Below, in pieces: positions 62,700 through 64,000 of a stretch of 64,000 nt of DNA. The notes beneath the pieces are model-generated. The model did no database searches. It worked only from the letters and a program-made list of their open reading frames with translations, and was not told where the DNA came from. A program made the translations under genes and the position numbers. Source of the stretch: Bugula neritina (taxonomy: Eukaryota; Animalia; Bryozoa). How positions within the stretch are numbered: the first letter of the stretch is position 1; every line of letters begins with the position of its first letter. The DNA lies in contig OZ037767.1 of NCBI GenBank assembly GCA_964035545.1, positions 10,302,581 to 10,366,580 of the forward strand, in the 5' to 3' direction.

Positions 62700-62822
62700 T
62701 ACATACCTATCTGTATGCTAGCTACATACATGTACATACCTGTATGCTAGCTACATACATGTACATAGCTGTATGCTAGCTATATACATGTACATACCTG
62801 TATGCTAGCTACATACATGTAA
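62700..62822. repeat. 29-bp tandem repeat (ctgtatgctagctacatacatgtacatac) just after the SMOC stop
   Basis: About 4 units. Confidence 0.9.
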
Positions 62823-62976
62823 ATATGTCTGTAGGATAGTTGATACATGCGTTTTAGACACGGCCATCTCAAGTAGTTGACTGATATTGTAGGGAGCTGA
62901 AATCAAAAATATTCTGTTTTTCTATTTCTACAATTAACTTGATTTAAGTAGGTGTATACATTGTTTGTGGTTTAGG

Positions 62977-63168
62977 GCACCTTCTGGTGTCAAGTAGTAC
63001 CTTCTGGTGTCGAAGAGTACCTTCTGGTGTCAAGTAGTACCTGCTGGTGTCGAAGAGTACCTGCTGGTGTCAAGTAGTACCTGCTGGTGTTGAAGAGTAC
63101 CTGCTGGTGTCAAGTAGTACCTGCTGGTGTTGAAGAGCACCTGCTGGTGTTGAAGAGCACCTGCTGGT
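62977..63168. repeat. 21-bp minisatellite, mostly alternating two unit types (acctgctggtgtcaagtagt / acctgctggtgtcgaagagt)
   Basis: About 9 units. Confidence 0.9.
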
Positions 63169-64000
63169 ATAGGCAAGTGCTAATTGTAGCACCGAGAGTT
63201 CCTAGACTGCACAGCACCTACCAATGTTTCTTAGTGGCCTTATTGTCTTGTGCTAAATGCCAATGCTGCACGGCATCTAAAACACAATCTCTTACACAAT
63301 TATCAAAGATCTCTCTATTTTCTGTATCTTATTTTCTATATGTAATATTCACATTTTATTTAATAGACTAGTTTTATTATGAATTTTTATGTCTTTTACA
63401 AAGAAATGTAGTTTAACTATTGTACACGAAATTGGCCATTTTTATCAAGTTTTGGTGATTCAAAATTGTGGCAAGCTGCACCTCATTGCGTTCCACCGAT
63501 CCACTTGTCAAGCTTTGACTCCCAAATAATGCTTTTAATCTTGTGTTATGTACAGAGTAAGCATAGTATGTCACAGTACATGGGTATTGGTTAGAATGTA
63601 GGCAGCACTTATTTCTAGCAAGATTTGTTGCAATATCTTATTTTCTATGGTCACCAAAATTATTCCATTGATATATTAGTGATGTATTTTTCTTTTTATA
63701 CCCATGCTGAGATTTCATGTTTTCACGCTTTGACACAGTATATAAAACTTTGGCTGGTAATAATAGTTCTATTTAATAGACCCATTGTATAAATATTTAT
63801 TTCTTGTGTATGATATTTTCTTACCGGACTGTAACATAAATAAAAATAATGATACAAATAACAGACTTGAAAAATAGTTGAGAAACTAATAGGTACATAA
63901 TATATACAAGAGTAATTGTGGTCTAAATTTGTAAGCAAACATGAATATTTAATACACCATAGGATATATTGTTTTAATATACAAACGTCAAAGAAAATGC

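Overview
AT-rich, intron-rich genomic DNA from an invertebrate animal; not prokaryotic, so most ORF-track entries are single exons or microsatellite noise. Hand splicing (GT-AG sites with continuous phase) supports four genes. (1) The last two exons of a protein tyrosine kinase (+, 402-1076). (2) A complete BMP2/4 (dpp) gene (-, CDS 6739-9316, 383 aa), with a probable leader exon and promoter at ~12.7-13.1 kb. (3) A very large 31-exon F-box/WD40 gene (-, 14773-42674, ~1655 aa). (4) Head-to-head with it, a 14-exon SMOC/Pentagone(Magu)-type gene (+, 44975-62684, ~656 aa; signal peptide-Kazal-TY-EC-TY-EC). The most interesting signals: a BMP2/4 ligand and a known extracellular BMP-range modulator lie ~36 kb apart, separated by one gene; SMOC intron 2 hides a second signal-peptide exon that would give a Kazal-less secreted isoform; a spliced uORF ends on the BMP2/4 start codon (TAATG); and the F-box protein has two D-domain-like motifs ~800 aa apart. 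Introns also carry tRNA-derived SINEs, several MITEs and many tandem repeats. All exon models were read by eye and need RNA-seq confirmation.
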